Shown here in pieces: positions 16,654-27,538 of a stretch of DNA of 64,000 bases (positions are counted from its first letter, which is position 1; every line of letters begins with the position of its first letter). This stretch comes from an uncultured Erysipelotrichaceae bacterium (GTDB taxonomy: Bacteria; Bacillota_I; Bacilli_A; Erysipelotrichales; Erysipelotrichaceae), in NCBI GenBank assembly GCA_902761625.1, contig CACWLH010000002.1:8126-72125 (forward strand). Direction: 5' to 3'. Position numbers and translations under genes: made by a program. The notes beneath the pieces are model-generated. The model made no database searches and was not told the origin of the DNA. It was given only the letters and a program-made list of their open reading frames with translations.

Positions 16654-18096
16654 ATGAAAAAGTATTTCCAGAGTGCAGGGGCTGTTTTGCTCGCTGCCGC
16701 AATGCTCACAGGCTGTTCCTCAACACAGCCGTCCGAAACACCTGCTGAAGAAGCTTCACAGGAAACAGCACCCGAAGGCACTTATGAAGTGAAGATGGGC
16801 GCAACTGTCACCGATGCCGGTCAGTATGTTGACAGAATGACAATTGACTTCGGCAGCGATGTCAGAGTGTCCGACGTGGATTATGAAACATTTGAAGTTC
16901 ATATGACATCCACCGTCGACTATGGCGCTGAAAAGGGCAACCCCTATGCATACTATGATGCAAGTGCTCCGCTCAAGGTTGTCGGTGTTGAAACCAACGA
17001 CGGCGTTGTCACGGTTTATTTCGATCAGTCACAGGCTCCGACGCTGACATGGCTTGGCGAAGGCAGAAACTATCCGGCTGTTCTGGAATTCACCATTGCC
17101 CAGACAAAGGAACTCACTCTCACAACCAAGGATGGAAGAGAACTTCCGTTCACCGGTGAATACACATGTTCCGCAAAATCTTATAAGGATCTCGAGTGCC
17201 CGGAAGTGGCTGCTTACACAGATGTCCAGGATGAGATCAACTATCAGTTCCATAAAGGCTCCAATGACAAGCTGATCGTCTTCTTCCATGGCAATGGCGA
17301 AGGCGACTTCCCGGTCAAGGACACCAACAACAATATCACTCAGATTCTTGCCAACAGAGGCGGCGCCGCATGGGTCACAGAGGCACAGGAAGTCTTCGGT
17401 GATGCAAGTGTCATGTGCTTCCAGGCTCCGAATATGTGGTATTTCGCAGTCAAGGACAACCTTCTGGAACCCTGCTACAACGAAATCCAGAAAGTGATCG
17501 AAGAAAACAAGATCAATCCTGAGGAAGTTTACCTTTCCGGCGCTTCTGCGGGCGGATTCATGTCCACACGCATGATCATCGCTTATCCGGATCTGTTCAA
17601 GGCTGCCATGATCAACTGCCCGGCGCTTGACGCTGCCAATGCGAGAAGCGAATCCGACGATGCCATCCCGACTGATGAGGAACTGGCACAGCTGCTCAAC
17701 TCTGACACAAAGATCTGGCTGGTTCAGGGTGAGACAGACAGCTCCGTTGATCCGGAACAGTGCTCAAAGAGAATCTGGAATATCATCACCAAGGATGCTG
17801 AGATCAAGGAAACACACGTTGACGGCGATCTGGGTATCGGTTCCGCTTTCACAACTTATGAAACAGCTGATGACAAGTACAAGCTCTCCCTGTATGAGAC
17901 ATTCGATCTGGCCGAAGTCACCGGCATTTCCGGCGAGACAAGACAGGGCGGCAAGCTGAAGTTTGCGGAAGACTATGATCAGGACGGTATTTACACAGAA
18001 GTCAAATACAGTGACCACTGGTCATGGATCTACACCCTCAGAAACAATCCTGAGGCAGCTGACGGAACCCATATCTGGGAATGGGCTGTCAAATAA
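16654..18096 (+). CDS. Secreted lipoprotein, alpha/beta-hydrolase (esterase/peptidase S9-like)
   Basis: Lipobox AAAMLTGCSS. Nucleophile elbow YLSGASAGGFMS. GGAGGG RBS. Confidence 0.8.
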   Translation: MKKYFQSAGAVLLAAAMLTGCSSTQPSETPAEEASQETAPEGTYEVKMGATVTDAGQYVDRMTIDFGSDVRVSDVDYETFEVHMTSTVDYGAEKGNPYAYYDASAPLKVVGVETNDGVVTVYFDQSQAPTLTWLGEGRNYPAVLEFTIAQTKELTLTTKDGRELPFTGEYTCSAKSYKDLECPEVAAYTDVQDEINYQFHKGSNDKLIVFFHGNGEGDFPVKDTNNNITQILANRGGAAWVTEAQEVFGDASVMCFQAPNMWYFAVKDNLLEPCYNEIQKVIEENKINPEEVYLSGASAGGFMSTRMIIAYPDLFKAAMINCPALDAANARSESDDAIPTDEELAQLLNSDTKIWLVQGETDSSVDPEQCSKRIWNIITKDAEIKETHVDGDLGIGSAFTTYETADDKYKLSLYETFDLAEVTGISGETRQGGKLKFAEDYDQDGIYTEVKYSDHWSWIYTLRNNPEAADGTHIWEWAVK

Positions 18097-18122
18097 GCAT
18101 TTTCTGACAATTGAATACGAAG

Positions 18123-18150
18123 GCACGCGGCAGACAGCTGCGTGCTTTTT
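18123..18150 (+). terminator. Rho-independent terminator
   Basis: 9-bp GC-rich stem (GCACGCGGC/GCTGCGTGC) followed by TTTTT. Confidence 0.7.
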
Positions 18151-18300
18151 GTCTGTGCATGCATTGAAAATACTTTCATTCGCTTTCACCTTTCTCACAC
18201 AGAAAAACAGCTGAACAGGATGTATGATGGAACTCCAACCCGAAAAAAAAGATTGGTTCAGTCCCGTGTAAATTTATAAAAAAGAAAATGGAGGTAAAAC

Positions 18301-19698
18301 ATGTTTTTATCGCAGCTCAATGATGAAAAACAGTCCTGTGTGATTCATGATTTCGAAGCGCTGCCTGATCGCAATCTTGACGAGAAGGTTGTTTACGGTG
18401 AACTGGTCACGGACAATATCATTCTTCTGTTCAACAAGGAAACCGATGCTTTCTGGGAAATCAGTGTTCCGGCATGGAAGAAGGGCCTGTATCATCAGGC
18501 GGAAAGAATTGATGATATCTGCACATTCTGGAATCTGATCCGCGGCGTCTACAGAAGTGAGCAGAAAGGTCTTGTATACAGAAGAATGGGTGCGCGCGCC
18601 TATGTTTATCATATGGATGTCTTCAACAAATGTCATCCGTATACCGCCAATGAGATCATCCTCTGGGACAGTGAACAGATGGATCATCTTCTGATGAAAT
18701 ATGACCGGGATGTGGTCAATACAGCCTTTGCCATCCATTATCTCCAGTATCCCCAGATTGAAAAACTCTATAAGGCCGGTTTTGAACATATCATTCTCAA
18801 CTGGGTGCTCAATGACCGCTATACTGCCAAAGATGCCGCTTTGTTCGAAAAATGCTTCAAAGACGCAAAGACCATCAATCAGATCACCTCTTTGACCAAA
18901 GGGCAGTGGTCGCAGCTGATCTCATTCAGACTGAATCTGAAAGAATGGTCATGGTTAAAGGGCGTTCTTTCAACTTATAAAATTGATGATGTCAATGTGG
19001 CACCGCTTGTCAGGATGATGATCCGCGGAGAGGAAAGCTTCTGCAAAAGCTTCATGAAAATCGTCAAATGCACAAGCAACGGAAAGCCTGCCTATGATGC
19101 GGATCAATTGATCCGTGATCTGATCAATGATCACGGAAATACGGAGATGCCTTCGCACAGGGCATGCATTTATCTGGCTGACTATATCCGCCTGTGCGAA
19201 AGGAACCGGATGGAGCCTGTCTACCGCAGTGAGCATCTCATTGAGGAACATGACATGATGGTCATCGTTGCCCAGGAGAAGAGACAGCAGAAAAATGATG
19301 AGGAGACGCAGAAGATCTATGACCGCCGCTATCAGGAATTAAGCAAATATCTTTATGAAAGCAGTGAGCTGGCTGTCATCCTGCCGATGCGTTTCAGCGA
19401 TCTCATCTATGAAGGCAGAAACAATCACAATTGCGTGGGCAGCCTTTATGTTTCAAGATATCAGGACGGAACATCGAATATCTTCTTCATCCGTGAGAAG
19501 AAACATCCCCTGCAGTCCTATATCACGGTGGAGCTGAATGCTTCATGTGAAAAGACAATCCAGGCATTTTATTCCTATAACCGCAGAATCACCGACAAAC
19601 GGGATCTGCAGTTCATTGACGACTGGCTTGCATACAATAAGCGGATTAACAGATACGGCTTACAAAACGCACAGAAACCTTCTTCAGAAGGCTTATAA
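18301..19698 (+). CDS. PcfJ-like domain protein
   Basis: The C-terminal LIYEGRNNHNCVGSLYVSRYQDGTSNIFFIREKKHPLQSYITVEL...IQAFYSYNRR matches my memory of the PcfJ-like domain. GGAGG RBS. Confidence 0.6.
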   Translation: MFLSQLNDEKQSCVIHDFEALPDRNLDEKVVYGELVTDNIILLFNKETDAFWEISVPAWKKGLYHQAERIDDICTFWNLIRGVYRSEQKGLVYRRMGARAYVYHMDVFNKCHPYTANEIILWDSEQMDHLLMKYDRDVVNTAFAIHYLQYPQIEKLYKAGFEHIILNWVLNDRYTAKDAALFEKCFKDAKTINQITSLTKGQWSQLISFRLNLKEWSWLKGVLSTYKIDDVNVAPLVRMMIRGEESFCKSFMKIVKCTSNGKPAYDADQLIRDLINDHGNTEMPSHRACIYLADYIRLCERNRMEPVYRSEHLIEEHDMMVIVAQEKRQQKNDEETQKIYDRRYQELSKYLYESSELAVILPMRFSDLIYEGRNNHNCVGSLYVSRYQDGTSNIFFIREKKHPLQSYITVELNASCEKTIQAFYSYNRRITDKRDLQFIDDWLAYNKRINRYGLQNAQKPSSEGL

Positions 19699-19732
19699 TG
19701 GAGACAGGTGAAAACATAAGGAGAAAACAATC

Positions 19733-20083
19733 ATGATCAGAAAAGCAGACGAAGTCACGGTTGAATATCGTGAACATATGAGAGGCGGACCCGGTACCGC
19801 GCAGGTAAGGAACTTCATCGCAGGTCCCGAAGAGATGTGCAACAAAGGCAGGCTCTTCGCAAAGATCACACTTGTGCCGGGTGCGGGAATCGGCAGCCAT
19901 GAACATGAAAATGATTCCGAGCTGTTCTATATCCTTTCCGGAACAGCTGAATATGAGGACAACGGCAATATTGTCACCCTGCATGCGGGTGATGTGGCAA
20001 TCTGTCCGCCCCATGAGACCCATGCGATCACCAACAATTCCGATGAGAATGTTGAAGTGATAGCAGTGATTGTCTACGCATAA
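19733..20083 (+). CDS. Cupin-domain protein
   Basis: Cupin motifs GIGSHEHENDSELFYILSG and GDVAICPPHETHAITN. Confidence 0.85.
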   Translation: MIRKADEVTVEYREHMRGGPGTAQVRNFIAGPEEMCNKGRLFAKITLVPGAGIGSHEHENDSELFYILSGTAEYEDNGNIVTLHAGDVAICPPHETHAITNNSDENVEVIAVIVYA

Positions 20084-20096
20084 GAGGGCTTCACGT

Positions 20097-21179
20097 ATGA
20101 AATATTATATGCCGGTCAGAGTGTATGATGAGCCGGAGTGTGTGCTGAATCACAAAGAGGAAATCGTCTCATACGGCCATAAGGCGCTCATCGTCACCGG
20201 AAGAAGATCAGCTCAAAAATGCGGTGCGCTCGGCGATGTTGTTTCCGCATTGAAACAATGCGGCAGAGAATATGCCGTTTACAACAAAATTGAAGAGAAT
20301 CCGTCCATGGAAACAATCATGGATGCCTCATCCTTTGGAAGAAGTGAACAGGTCGATTTTGTGATCGGCATCGGCGGCGGCTCACCATTGGATGCGGCCA
20401 AGGCCATTGCCTTCATGATCAGGCGCAATTCGGACAATCCCGATGATCTTTATGATGCCTCACTTGCGGCCGATGCACTGGATGTGATCGCGGTTCCCAC
20501 CACATGCGGAACCGGTTCGGAAGTCACCGGCGTATCAGTATTGACCGTCCATGCGAAGAATACGAAGATCTCCATTCCCCATAAGATCTTCCCGAAACTC
20601 GCATTGATTGACGGGAAATATCTGAGCAGCGCGCCGCATTCCATGATTGTCAATACGTCCATCGATGCCTTTGCCCACATGAGTGAAAGCTATCTGAGCA
20701 AAAAGGCGGATGTATACAGTCAAAGCGCAGCCCTGACCGGATTGAAACTCTGGTCAGAAGTGAAGGATGTATTGACGCAGGAAAGAGAAGCGGACGGGCA
20801 GGATTATGCAAAACTCATGCGTGCATCCACATTCGGCGGCATTGCGATTGCCCAGACCGGCACATCGATTCCGCATGCCTTAAGCTATATCCTGACATAT
20901 GATCAGAAGATTCCCCATGGCAAGGCAGTCGGGTATTTCCTGGGAAGATTCATTGGCTTTGCGGATGAAGCGGATCAGAAGGCGATCCTCGATGCGGCAG
21001 GCTTTGAATCCGCAGACGAATTGAATACGTTCTTAAGCAGAGTATTCGGGGAATATGAAGTGAAGCGGGAAACACTTCAAAGAGCTTATGATACCGTATC
21101 CGCCAATGCCGTCCGCATGCAGGGCAGCCGGGTGGAAATGGATCCTGAAAAACTGAGAGTCATCGTAAATCTTCATTAA
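20097..21179 (+). CDS. Iron-containing (group III) alcohol dehydrogenase
   Basis: VIGIGGGSPLDAAKAIA and a His-rich metal-site region (DAFAHMSES, IPHALSY). The start is set at MKYYMPVRVY. Confidence 0.85.
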   Translation: MKYYMPVRVYDEPECVLNHKEEIVSYGHKALIVTGRRSAQKCGALGDVVSALKQCGREYAVYNKIEENPSMETIMDASSFGRSEQVDFVIGIGGGSPLDAAKAIAFMIRRNSDNPDDLYDASLAADALDVIAVPTTCGTGSEVTGVSVLTVHAKNTKISIPHKIFPKLALIDGKYLSSAPHSMIVNTSIDAFAHMSESYLSKKADVYSQSAALTGLKLWSEVKDVLTQEREADGQDYAKLMRASTFGGIAIAQTGTSIPHALSYILTYDQKIPHGKAVGYFLGRFIGFADEADQKAILDAAGFESADELNTFLSRVFGEYEVKRETLQRAYDTVSANAVRMQGSRVEMDPEKLRVIVNLH

Positions 21180-21192
21180 AAAACAGAAAAAT

Positions 21193-21232
21193 GCGGGCAT
21201 TCATCTGAATAGATGGGTGCCTGCGTGTTTTT
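21193..21232 (+). terminator. Intrinsic terminator
   Basis: A ~13-bp imperfect stem (GCGGGCATTCATCT / AGATGGGTGCCTGC) followed by GTGTTTTT. Confidence 0.55.
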
Positions 21233-21282
21233 GGCGCAAAGTGTGTTGTTTTCAAAGAAAGAAGGTGATTATAATAAAGAAT

Positions 21283-24200
21283 ATGACAAAAATCGGTGAA
21301 TGGAAAAATTATTTCAGATCCAGCGCACTGCGCGAAGGATACAACCTCTATATCAACAACAGAGTGAGCAATTTCCGTGAAACAGGCAGTGACCGTTTCA
21401 TTGCGGAAGTCAATGACCGCGGTCTGCGCAGACGGGTGGTCATGACCAAAATCGGCGATCGTTTGCTGGGTGAGTGCGCCTGTTATGAGGGCGGCAGAGG
21501 ATATTTCTGCAAGCATATGGCGGCGGCGCTTTATTACAATGAACGTCATGGATCGGATGATATCGTTCTCTTTGATCCCAAAACCCACGAGGATTATTAT
21601 TTTAACCTCGCCAAGATCTGCGAACCGATCCGCATGAGCGCGGCTGCGATCCGCAGGGCAAAGAAGCTTGTGGAGAATGAAATGGTCATTCTTGACAAGG
21701 TATCCGTCAATTACCGCAGTTATTACCGCGGCGATCAGCTGCAGGGCTATGCCAGAGGACATGTGATCGGCAATGACGGTCACAGTTATCAGGTGGATGT
21801 GCAGTTTACAAAAGACGGCATTGAAATTTCCAACTGTGCTGTCTGCCATAACTTTTACTACGGCACCTATTACACCGGAAGGGATCTGTGCGAACATCAG
21901 ATCGCGCTTTTGATCAAGCTGGATGAATATATTCAGAAATACAATCCGGGCGATGAAACATCTCTTTCCGGCGCAACCCTTCTGTCCGCTTTTGCGGGTA
22001 TGCAGGCAATCAGAAAGATCGATGAAAATTCAAACCGCACAAAGATCATCCATCTGGATCCGAGACTGGAAGTCAAAGGCACCGCATTGAATCTTTCCTT
22101 CCGCATCGGCACTTCCAAGATGTACATCGTGAAGAATATGAGTGAGCTTCAGGAGACCAAGGAAAGCTTCGGTGTGATGAAGCTCGGCAAAGGCAATGAA
22201 CTGCATTTTGCCAATGAGGATTTCGATGAGGAAAGTGAGAAATATTATCAGTTCATCACTGCTCAGCTGAAAGAAAACAAACTCTTCCAGGAACGCGTGT
22301 ATCGTCAGTATGGCGATGTGACGCCGAAGAATCTGCTCTCCTTTATTGAACTCAGAGGCCAGGCGCTCGATGATTTCTATGATATGGCATATGGAAGAAC
22401 GATCGCTTTTACCAACAAAAACACAGATATCGTTCCTTCATCCGTGGAAATCGGCACAATTCCGTATCATTTCACCATCAATGTCATGCGGATCATGCAG
22501 GACGGAAAGTTCGTCGGTGTCGAGATCAGCGGACAATTGCCTGATCTCTTCAGCGGCAACCGGTCGATTTATTTCATCCGTGACAGAATCCTTTCCAGAA
22601 TGAGCGATGAGGACAGAGTATTCGTTGAGCCGTTTTTGCAGTCCAGTGACAATGGACAGATCAGGATGACGATCGGCACTTCCCATATCTCTGAATTCTA
22701 TTACCGTGTGCTTCCGGCGCTCAGAGAGAATCCGATCATTACCGTGGAAGAGGATGAGAGTGTCATTGAATATCTGCCTCCCGAGGCGAAGTTTGATCTG
22801 TATCTCGATATCGAGGACAATCTGGTCACCTGTACCGGAAAGATCACCTACGACGAGCATAACGTTCTTCTCAAACAGCTGACTTCCGATGATCTTCCGC
22901 TTGAAAAGTGGAGAGATCTCAGCCAGGAGGTCAAGGCGGCTGAAAAGGTCACGGACCTGTTTCCGGAATATGATGCGAACCGTGAATATTTCTATGATGA
23001 GATGGATGATGACAAGATCTATGAACTGCTTGATTCCGGCGTCAGAGGACTCATGGAAATCGGCGATGTTCACGGCTCCGATGCATTCAACCGTCTGAAA
23101 ATCAGAAGAACACCGGTGATCAATGTCGGTGTGTCGCTTTCCAATAATCTTCTCGATCTTTCCGTCACCACTCAGCAGATGTCGCCGGAGGAATTGCTTG
23201 AGGTATTGGAAAGCTACAGAAGAAAGAAGAAATTCCACCGTCTGAGAAACGGCGAGTTTATTTCCTTTGATCAGAATGAATCGCTGGAAATGATCAGCGC
23301 GTTAATGGAATCAATGAATGTGAGCCTGGATGAATTCGTCAAAGGCAAGCTTCATCTGCCCATGTACAGAGCGCTTTATGTCAACAAGATGCTCGAGGAA
23401 CATGATTCCGTGGCAGCCGAAAGAGACCGCCACTTCCGCAATCTGATCCGCAATTTCAATGCGGTCAGAGATTCTGAATATGATGTGCCGGAAGAAATGA
23501 AGCCGGTATTGAGAAATTATCAGGAATATGGCTACAAGTGGCTCAGAACCCTCGCCGATCTTGGCTTTGGCGGAATCCTGGCCGATGATATGGGCCTTGG
23601 CAAAACGATCCAGATGATCGCCTATCTCAAGGGTGCCAAAGATGCCGGTGAAACCAAGCCTTCCCTGATTGTCTGCCCGGCATCGGTTGTCTATAACTGG
23701 GCGGAGGAATTCCACCGCTTCGCGCCGGATCTCAAAGTCATTCCGCTGACCGGAGGCGCCAATGCGAGAGGAATCCTGCTGAATGAGGAATGCGATGTGT
23801 TCATCACCAGCTACGATCTGCTCAAGCGCGATATCGGCAAATACAAAAACCATTCCTTTGCCTGCGAAGTGCTGGATGAGGGACAGTACATCAAGAATCC
23901 CAAGGCGGCTGTTTCAAAGAGTGTCAAGATCGTCAATGCGGATCATCGTTTCGTATTGACCGGCACACCGATTGAAAACAGACTGAGTGAACTCTGGTCC
24001 ATCTTTGATTTCCTGATGCCCGGTTTCCTTTACACATATGACCGTTTCAAGCAGGATTTCGAAACCCCGATTTCCAAAAACAAGGATGAGCTGGTGACTT
24101 CCAGACTGAGAAAGATGGTATCCCCGTTCATTCTCAGACGTATCAAGAAAGATGTGCTGAAAGATCTTCCCGAAAAGATGGAGGAGGTCCGCTATGCCCG

Positions 24201-24882
24201 CTTTGACGATACGCAGCAGAAGATCTACGACGGTCAGGTTGTCCGCATGAAGAAGCTGATCGCCGACAGCGGCGATGACGGTCAGGCAAAGATCAGGATT
24301 CTCGCGGAACTGACACGGATCAGACAGATCTGCTGTGATCCCAGTCTGATTCTGGAAAACTATGAAGGCGAATCGGCGAAGAAGGATGCGTGCATGACAT
24401 TGATTGAGAGCGCCATTGACGGCGGTCACAAGATGCTTGTGTTCTCCCAGTTCACCTCGATGCTCGAAATCCTGAAAAAGGAACTCGATGAGCGCAAGAT
24501 TCAATATTATGTCATCACCGGTGCAACCTCCAAGGAGGAAAGAATGCGCCTGGTTCATAAATTCAACGACAATGATGTGCCGGTCTTCCTGATCTCGCTC
24601 AAGGCAGGCGGAACCGGACTCAACCTCACCGGCGCGGATGTGGTCATCCATTATGATCCATGGTGGAATCTGGCTGCCCAGAACCAGGCAACCGACCGTG
24701 CCCACCGCATCGGCCAGAAGAGCACTGTCACGGTTTACCGGATCATTGCCAAAGATACCATCGAAGAGAAGATCCTCGAGCTCCAGGAGGCGAAGAAGGA
24801 TCTCTCCGATGCGATTCTTTCCGGAGAATCGACGTCACTCGCACAGCTTTCCAGCGATGAGCTGATGGAGCTGCTGTCCTGA
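21283..24882 (+). CDS. SWIM zinc-finger / SNF2-family helicase (YwqA/RapA-like)
   Basis: SWIM motif CACYEGGRGYFCKHMAAAL. SNF2 motifs ILADDMGLGKT, VLDEGQYIKN, LTGTPIEN and QATDRAHRIGQ. Confidence 0.9.
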   Translation: MTKIGEWKNYFRSSALREGYNLYINNRVSNFRETGSDRFIAEVNDRGLRRRVVMTKIGDRLLGECACYEGGRGYFCKHMAAALYYNERHGSDDIVLFDPKTHEDYYFNLAKICEPIRMSAAAIRRAKKLVENEMVILDKVSVNYRSYYRGDQLQGYARGHVIGNDGHSYQVDVQFTKDGIEISNCAVCHNFYYGTYYTGRDLCEHQIALLIKLDEYIQKYNPGDETSLSGATLLSAFAGMQAIRKIDENSNRTKIIHLDPRLEVKGTALNLSFRIGTSKMYIVKNMSELQETKESFGVMKLGKGNELHFANEDFDEESEKYYQFITAQLKENKLFQERVYRQYGDVTPKNLLSFIELRGQALDDFYDMAYGRTIAFTNKNTDIVPSSVEIGTIPYHFTINVMRIMQDGKFVGVEISGQLPDLFSGNRSIYFIRDRILSRMSDEDRVFVEPFLQSSDNGQIRMTIGTSHISEFYYRVLPALRENPIITVEEDESVIEYLPPEAKFDLYLDIEDNLVTCTGKITYDEHNVLLKQLTSDDLPLEKWRDLSQEVKAAEKVTDLFPEYDANREYFYDEMDDDKIYELLDSGVRGLMEIGDVHGSDAFNRLKIRRTPVINVGVSLSNNLLDLSVTTQQMSPEELLEVLESYRRKKKFHRLRNGEFISFDQNESLEMISALMESMNVSLDEFVKGKLHLPMYRALYVNKMLEEHDSVAAERDRHFRNLIRNFNAVRDSEYDVPEEMKPVLRNYQEYGYKWLRTLADLGFGGILADDMGLGKTIQMIAYLKGAKDAGETKPSLIVCPASVVYNWAEEFHRFAPDLKVIPLTGGANARGILLNEECDVFITSYDLLKRDIGKYKNHSFACEVLDEGQYIKNPKAAVSKSVKIVNADHRFVLTGTPIENRLSELWSIFDFLMPGFLYTYDRFKQDFETPISKNKDELVTSRLRKMVSPFILRRIKKDVLKDLPEKMEEVRYARFDDTQQKIYDGQVVRMKKLIADSGDDGQAKIRILAELTRIRQICCDPSLILENYEGESAKKDACMTLIESAIDGGHKMLVFSQFTSMLEILKKELDERKIQYYVITGATSKEERMRLVHKFNDNDVPVFLISLKAGGTGLNLTGADVVIHYDPWWNLAAQNQATDRAHRIGQKSTVTVYRIIAKDTIEEKILELQEAKKDLSDAILSGESTSLAQLSSDELMELLS

Positions 24883-24904
24883 TCGTTTTACAATCATACT
24901 GCAT

Positions 24905-24937
24905 CAGACCGCATGTGCATTTCATGCGGTCTGTTCT
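24905..24937 (+). terminator. Hairpin terminator with a weak U-tract
   Basis: Perfect 11-bp stem CAGACCGCATG/CATGCGGTCTG followed by TTCTCC. Confidence 0.45.
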
Positions 24938-24951
24938 CCAAAGGAGTCACT

Positions 24952-27438
24952 ATGGAAGAAAAGCCGAAACATATTAAAGTCAAAGGAGCGCGTGTCCATA
25001 ATCTGAAAAACATCGATGTGGATGTGCCGCTGAATGAAATCGTCGGGGTGGCCGGAGTTTCCGGCTCCGGCAAATCATCATTGGCACTGGGCGTGCTTTA
25101 TGCGGAAGGCTCCAGAAGATATCTGGAATCTCTTTCCACCTATACCAGAAGAAGAATGACCCAGGCGGCCAGAGCTGATGTGGATGAGGTGCTTTATGTG
25201 CCTGCCTCTTTGGCATTGCATCAAAGACCGGGTGTGCCGGGGATCCGCTCCACATTCGGAACCGGTACGGAATTGCTGAACAGTCTTCGGCTGATGTTTT
25301 CACGTCTTTCCGAACACAGATGTCCCAACGGCCACTATGTGAAGCCGTCAATCGCAGTGGCGGCCATGCAGGAAATTGTATGTCCTGTATGCGGAGAGCA
25401 TTTCTATGGTCCCGGCGCGGAAGAGCTGGCATTCAATTCCCAGGGTGCCTGTCCGTGCTGTCAGGGGACAGGAACAATCCGTACGGTTGACCGCAGCACT
25501 TTGGTTCCGGATGAAACTCTGAGCCTGGACGAAGGTGCGGTGGCTCCCTGGAATTCCCTGATGTGGTCGCTGATGACAGACGTGGCCAGAGAGATGGGCG
25601 TGCGCACGGATGTGCCGTTCAAGGATCTCAGCGACAGAGAAAAAGAAATCGTCTATGACGGACCGATGGAGAAAAGACATATCTTCTACCGTCCCAAAAA
25701 TAAAGACAGCGTCACCGCTGCGGAAATGGATTTTACTTATTACAGTGCCAGCGCCACCGTTCTCAATGCCCTGAGCAAAGTCAAGGACGAGAAGGGAATG
25801 AAGCGGGTGGAGAAGTTCCTGAAAGAAGAGGAATGTCCAGAGTGTCATGGCACAAGACTGTCCGATGCGGCAAGAGCACCGAGAATCATGGGCCTTTCCC
25901 TGGACCAGGTCTGTCAGATGACATTGAAACAATCCCTGGAATGGGTGAAGAAAGTGCCTGAGTGGGTTCCGGAAGAAATGAAAGCCATGGCAGATAATAT
26001 CTGCGAAGCATATCTGGAAACCGCCGCAAGATTGATGGATCTCGGCCTTGGGTATCTGAGCCTTGACCGCGCCTCCTCAACCCTTTCCACGGGTGAAAGA
26101 CAGAGAATGCAGCTGGCAAGGGCAGTGCGCAACCGCACGACGGGAGTGCTCTATGTGCTTGATGAGCCATCCATCGGACTTCATCCCGCCAATATCAACG
26201 GTCTGAACGGGGTCATGCATGATCTGATCAGAGACGGCAATTCTGTATTGCTGGTGGATCATGACGCACAGATTCTCAAAGAAAGTGACTGGCTCATTGA
26301 AATGGGCAAAGGAGCCGGCGCGGACGGCGGCAATGTGATTGCCTCAGGCACCGTCGAAGAGATTGCGCAGAATCCGGAATCATTGATCGGACCGTATCTT
26401 TCCGATGAACATCCTGTTTCAGAAGATCATCAGGAAAACAATTCCGCTCAGACCGAATGGATCCGGATGGAAACCGATGGCATTCATACGGTGAAACCGT
26501 TGAGTGTGAAAATACCGAAAAACAGACTGAGTGTGATCACCGGTGTGTCCGGCAGCGGCAAGACCACCCTGATTCTGGAAAGTCTTGTGCCGGCTCTGGA
26601 CAGCCTTTGCAACGGCAAGCCGATGCCTGAACATGTCAAAGCAATCGAAGCGCCGGGGATCCGCCATATCAAATTGATCGATGCCACTCCGATCGGCATC
26701 AATGTGAGAAGCACGGTCGCCACCTATGCGAATGTTCATGATGAACTGCGCAAGATCTGCGCCCGCACCAAAGATGCGAAACAGCTAGGTTATAAAGCAG
26801 GAGATTTCTCGTATAATACCGGCTCGCTCAGATGCGCGGTATGTGACGGCACCGGACAGATTTCCCTCGATGTGCAGTTTCTGCCCGATGTGGATATTCC
26901 CTGTCCCGAATGTCATGGCAGCCGCTATGGCACAGATGCCAAAAAGATCCGGATCGCCAATAAGGCAGGTGAACGAAAGTCCCTTCCGCAATTGATGGAA
27001 ATGGATGTCAATCACGCTCTGGAGTTCTGCGCTGAGATGAAAAATGTCTCACCGAAACTGCAGATATTGAAAGATCTCGGGCTGGGCTATCTGACCCTTG
27101 GGGAGCAGACACCGGGCCTTTCCGGCGGCGAGGCGCAGCGGCTCAAGCTGGCCAGTGAGATGGGCAGGGCACAGGATGATTCCGTCTTCGTGTTTGATGA
27201 GCCGACCATCGGCCTTCATCCAAAGGATGTGGAAACACTGCTGGATGTTTTCCATACATTGATCGCTCATGGCGCAACCGTGATTGTCATTGAACATGAT
27301 CTCGATGTGATCCGCAATGCGGACTATATCATTGACATGGGACCGGGCGGCGGCGAAGAGGGCGGCACAATTGTCGCCTGCGGCACACCGGATGAAATCC
27401 GCAATACTCCTGAAAGCATCACCGGAAAATTCATATAA
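24952..27438 (+). CDS. UvrA paralogue (ABC-ATPase, excinuclease A family) lacking the UvrB-binding insert
   Basis: [37 protein letters not shown], two Walker A sites, LSGGEAQR signatures and Zn-module cysteines. It is 828 aa against ~940 for canonical UvrA. The segment between the first Zn-module cysteines (RCPNGH ... CPVCG) is only ~25 aa. Confidence 0.9.
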   Translation: MEEKPKHIKVKGARVHNLKNIDVDVPLNEIVGVAGVSGSGKSSLALGVLYAEGSRRYLESLSTYTRRRMTQAARADVDEVLYVPASLALHQRPGVPGIRSTFGTGTELLNSLRLMFSRLSEHRCPNGHYVKPSIAVAAMQEIVCPVCGEHFYGPGAEELAFNSQGACPCCQGTGTIRTVDRSTLVPDETLSLDEGAVAPWNSLMWSLMTDVAREMGVRTDVPFKDLSDREKEIVYDGPMEKRHIFYRPKNKDSVTAAEMDFTYYSASATVLNALSKVKDEKGMKRVEKFLKEEECPECHGTRLSDAARAPRIMGLSLDQVCQMTLKQSLEWVKKVPEWVPEEMKAMADNICEAYLETAARLMDLGLGYLSLDRASSTLSTGERQRMQLARAVRNRTTGVLYVLDEPSIGLHPANINGLNGVMHDLIRDGNSVLLVDHDAQILKESDWLIEMGKGAGADGGNVIASGTVEEIAQNPESLIGPYLSDEHPVSEDHQENNSAQTEWIRMETDGIHTVKPLSVKIPKNRLSVITGVSGSGKTTLILESLVPALDSLCNGKPMPEHVKAIEAPGIRHIKLIDATPIGINVRSTVATYANVHDELRKICARTKDAKQLGYKAGDFSYNTGSLRCAVCDGTGQISLDVQFLPDVDIPCPECHGSRYGTDAKKIRIANKAGERKSLPQLMEMDVNHALEFCAEMKNVSPKLQILKDLGLGYLTLGEQTPGLSGGEAQRLKLASEMGRAQDDSVFVFDEPTIGLHPKDVETLLDVFHTLIAHGATVIVIEHDLDVIRNADYIIDMGPGGGEEGGTIVACGTPDEIRNTPESITGKFI

Positions 27439-27444
27439 TCCAGA

Positions 27445-27480
27445 AAAGGCATTCAGTCTTCTTTGGGCGGATGCCTTTTC
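27445..27480 (+). terminator. Probable intrinsic terminator
   Basis: AAAGGCAT ... ATGCCTTT stem with an 18-nt loop and a T-tail. Confidence 0.4.
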
Positions 27481-27538
27481 ATAATGCATGACAGCGTATC
27501 TTGCATGTATAATTGGCTTGTCAGAAATGGAGATTTTT

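Noticed and set aside
21160-21897. 245-aa minus-strand ORF overlapping the 5' end of the SNF2 gene
   Set aside because: It is antisense to a region encoding a clear SWIM zinc finger. No family or RBS was found.
24913-24951. Upstream ATG for the UvrA paralogue
   Set aside because: The extension contains the 11-bp terminator hairpin of the SNF2 gene. The ATG at 24952 has an AAGGAG RBS and gives the canonical UvrA N-terminus.
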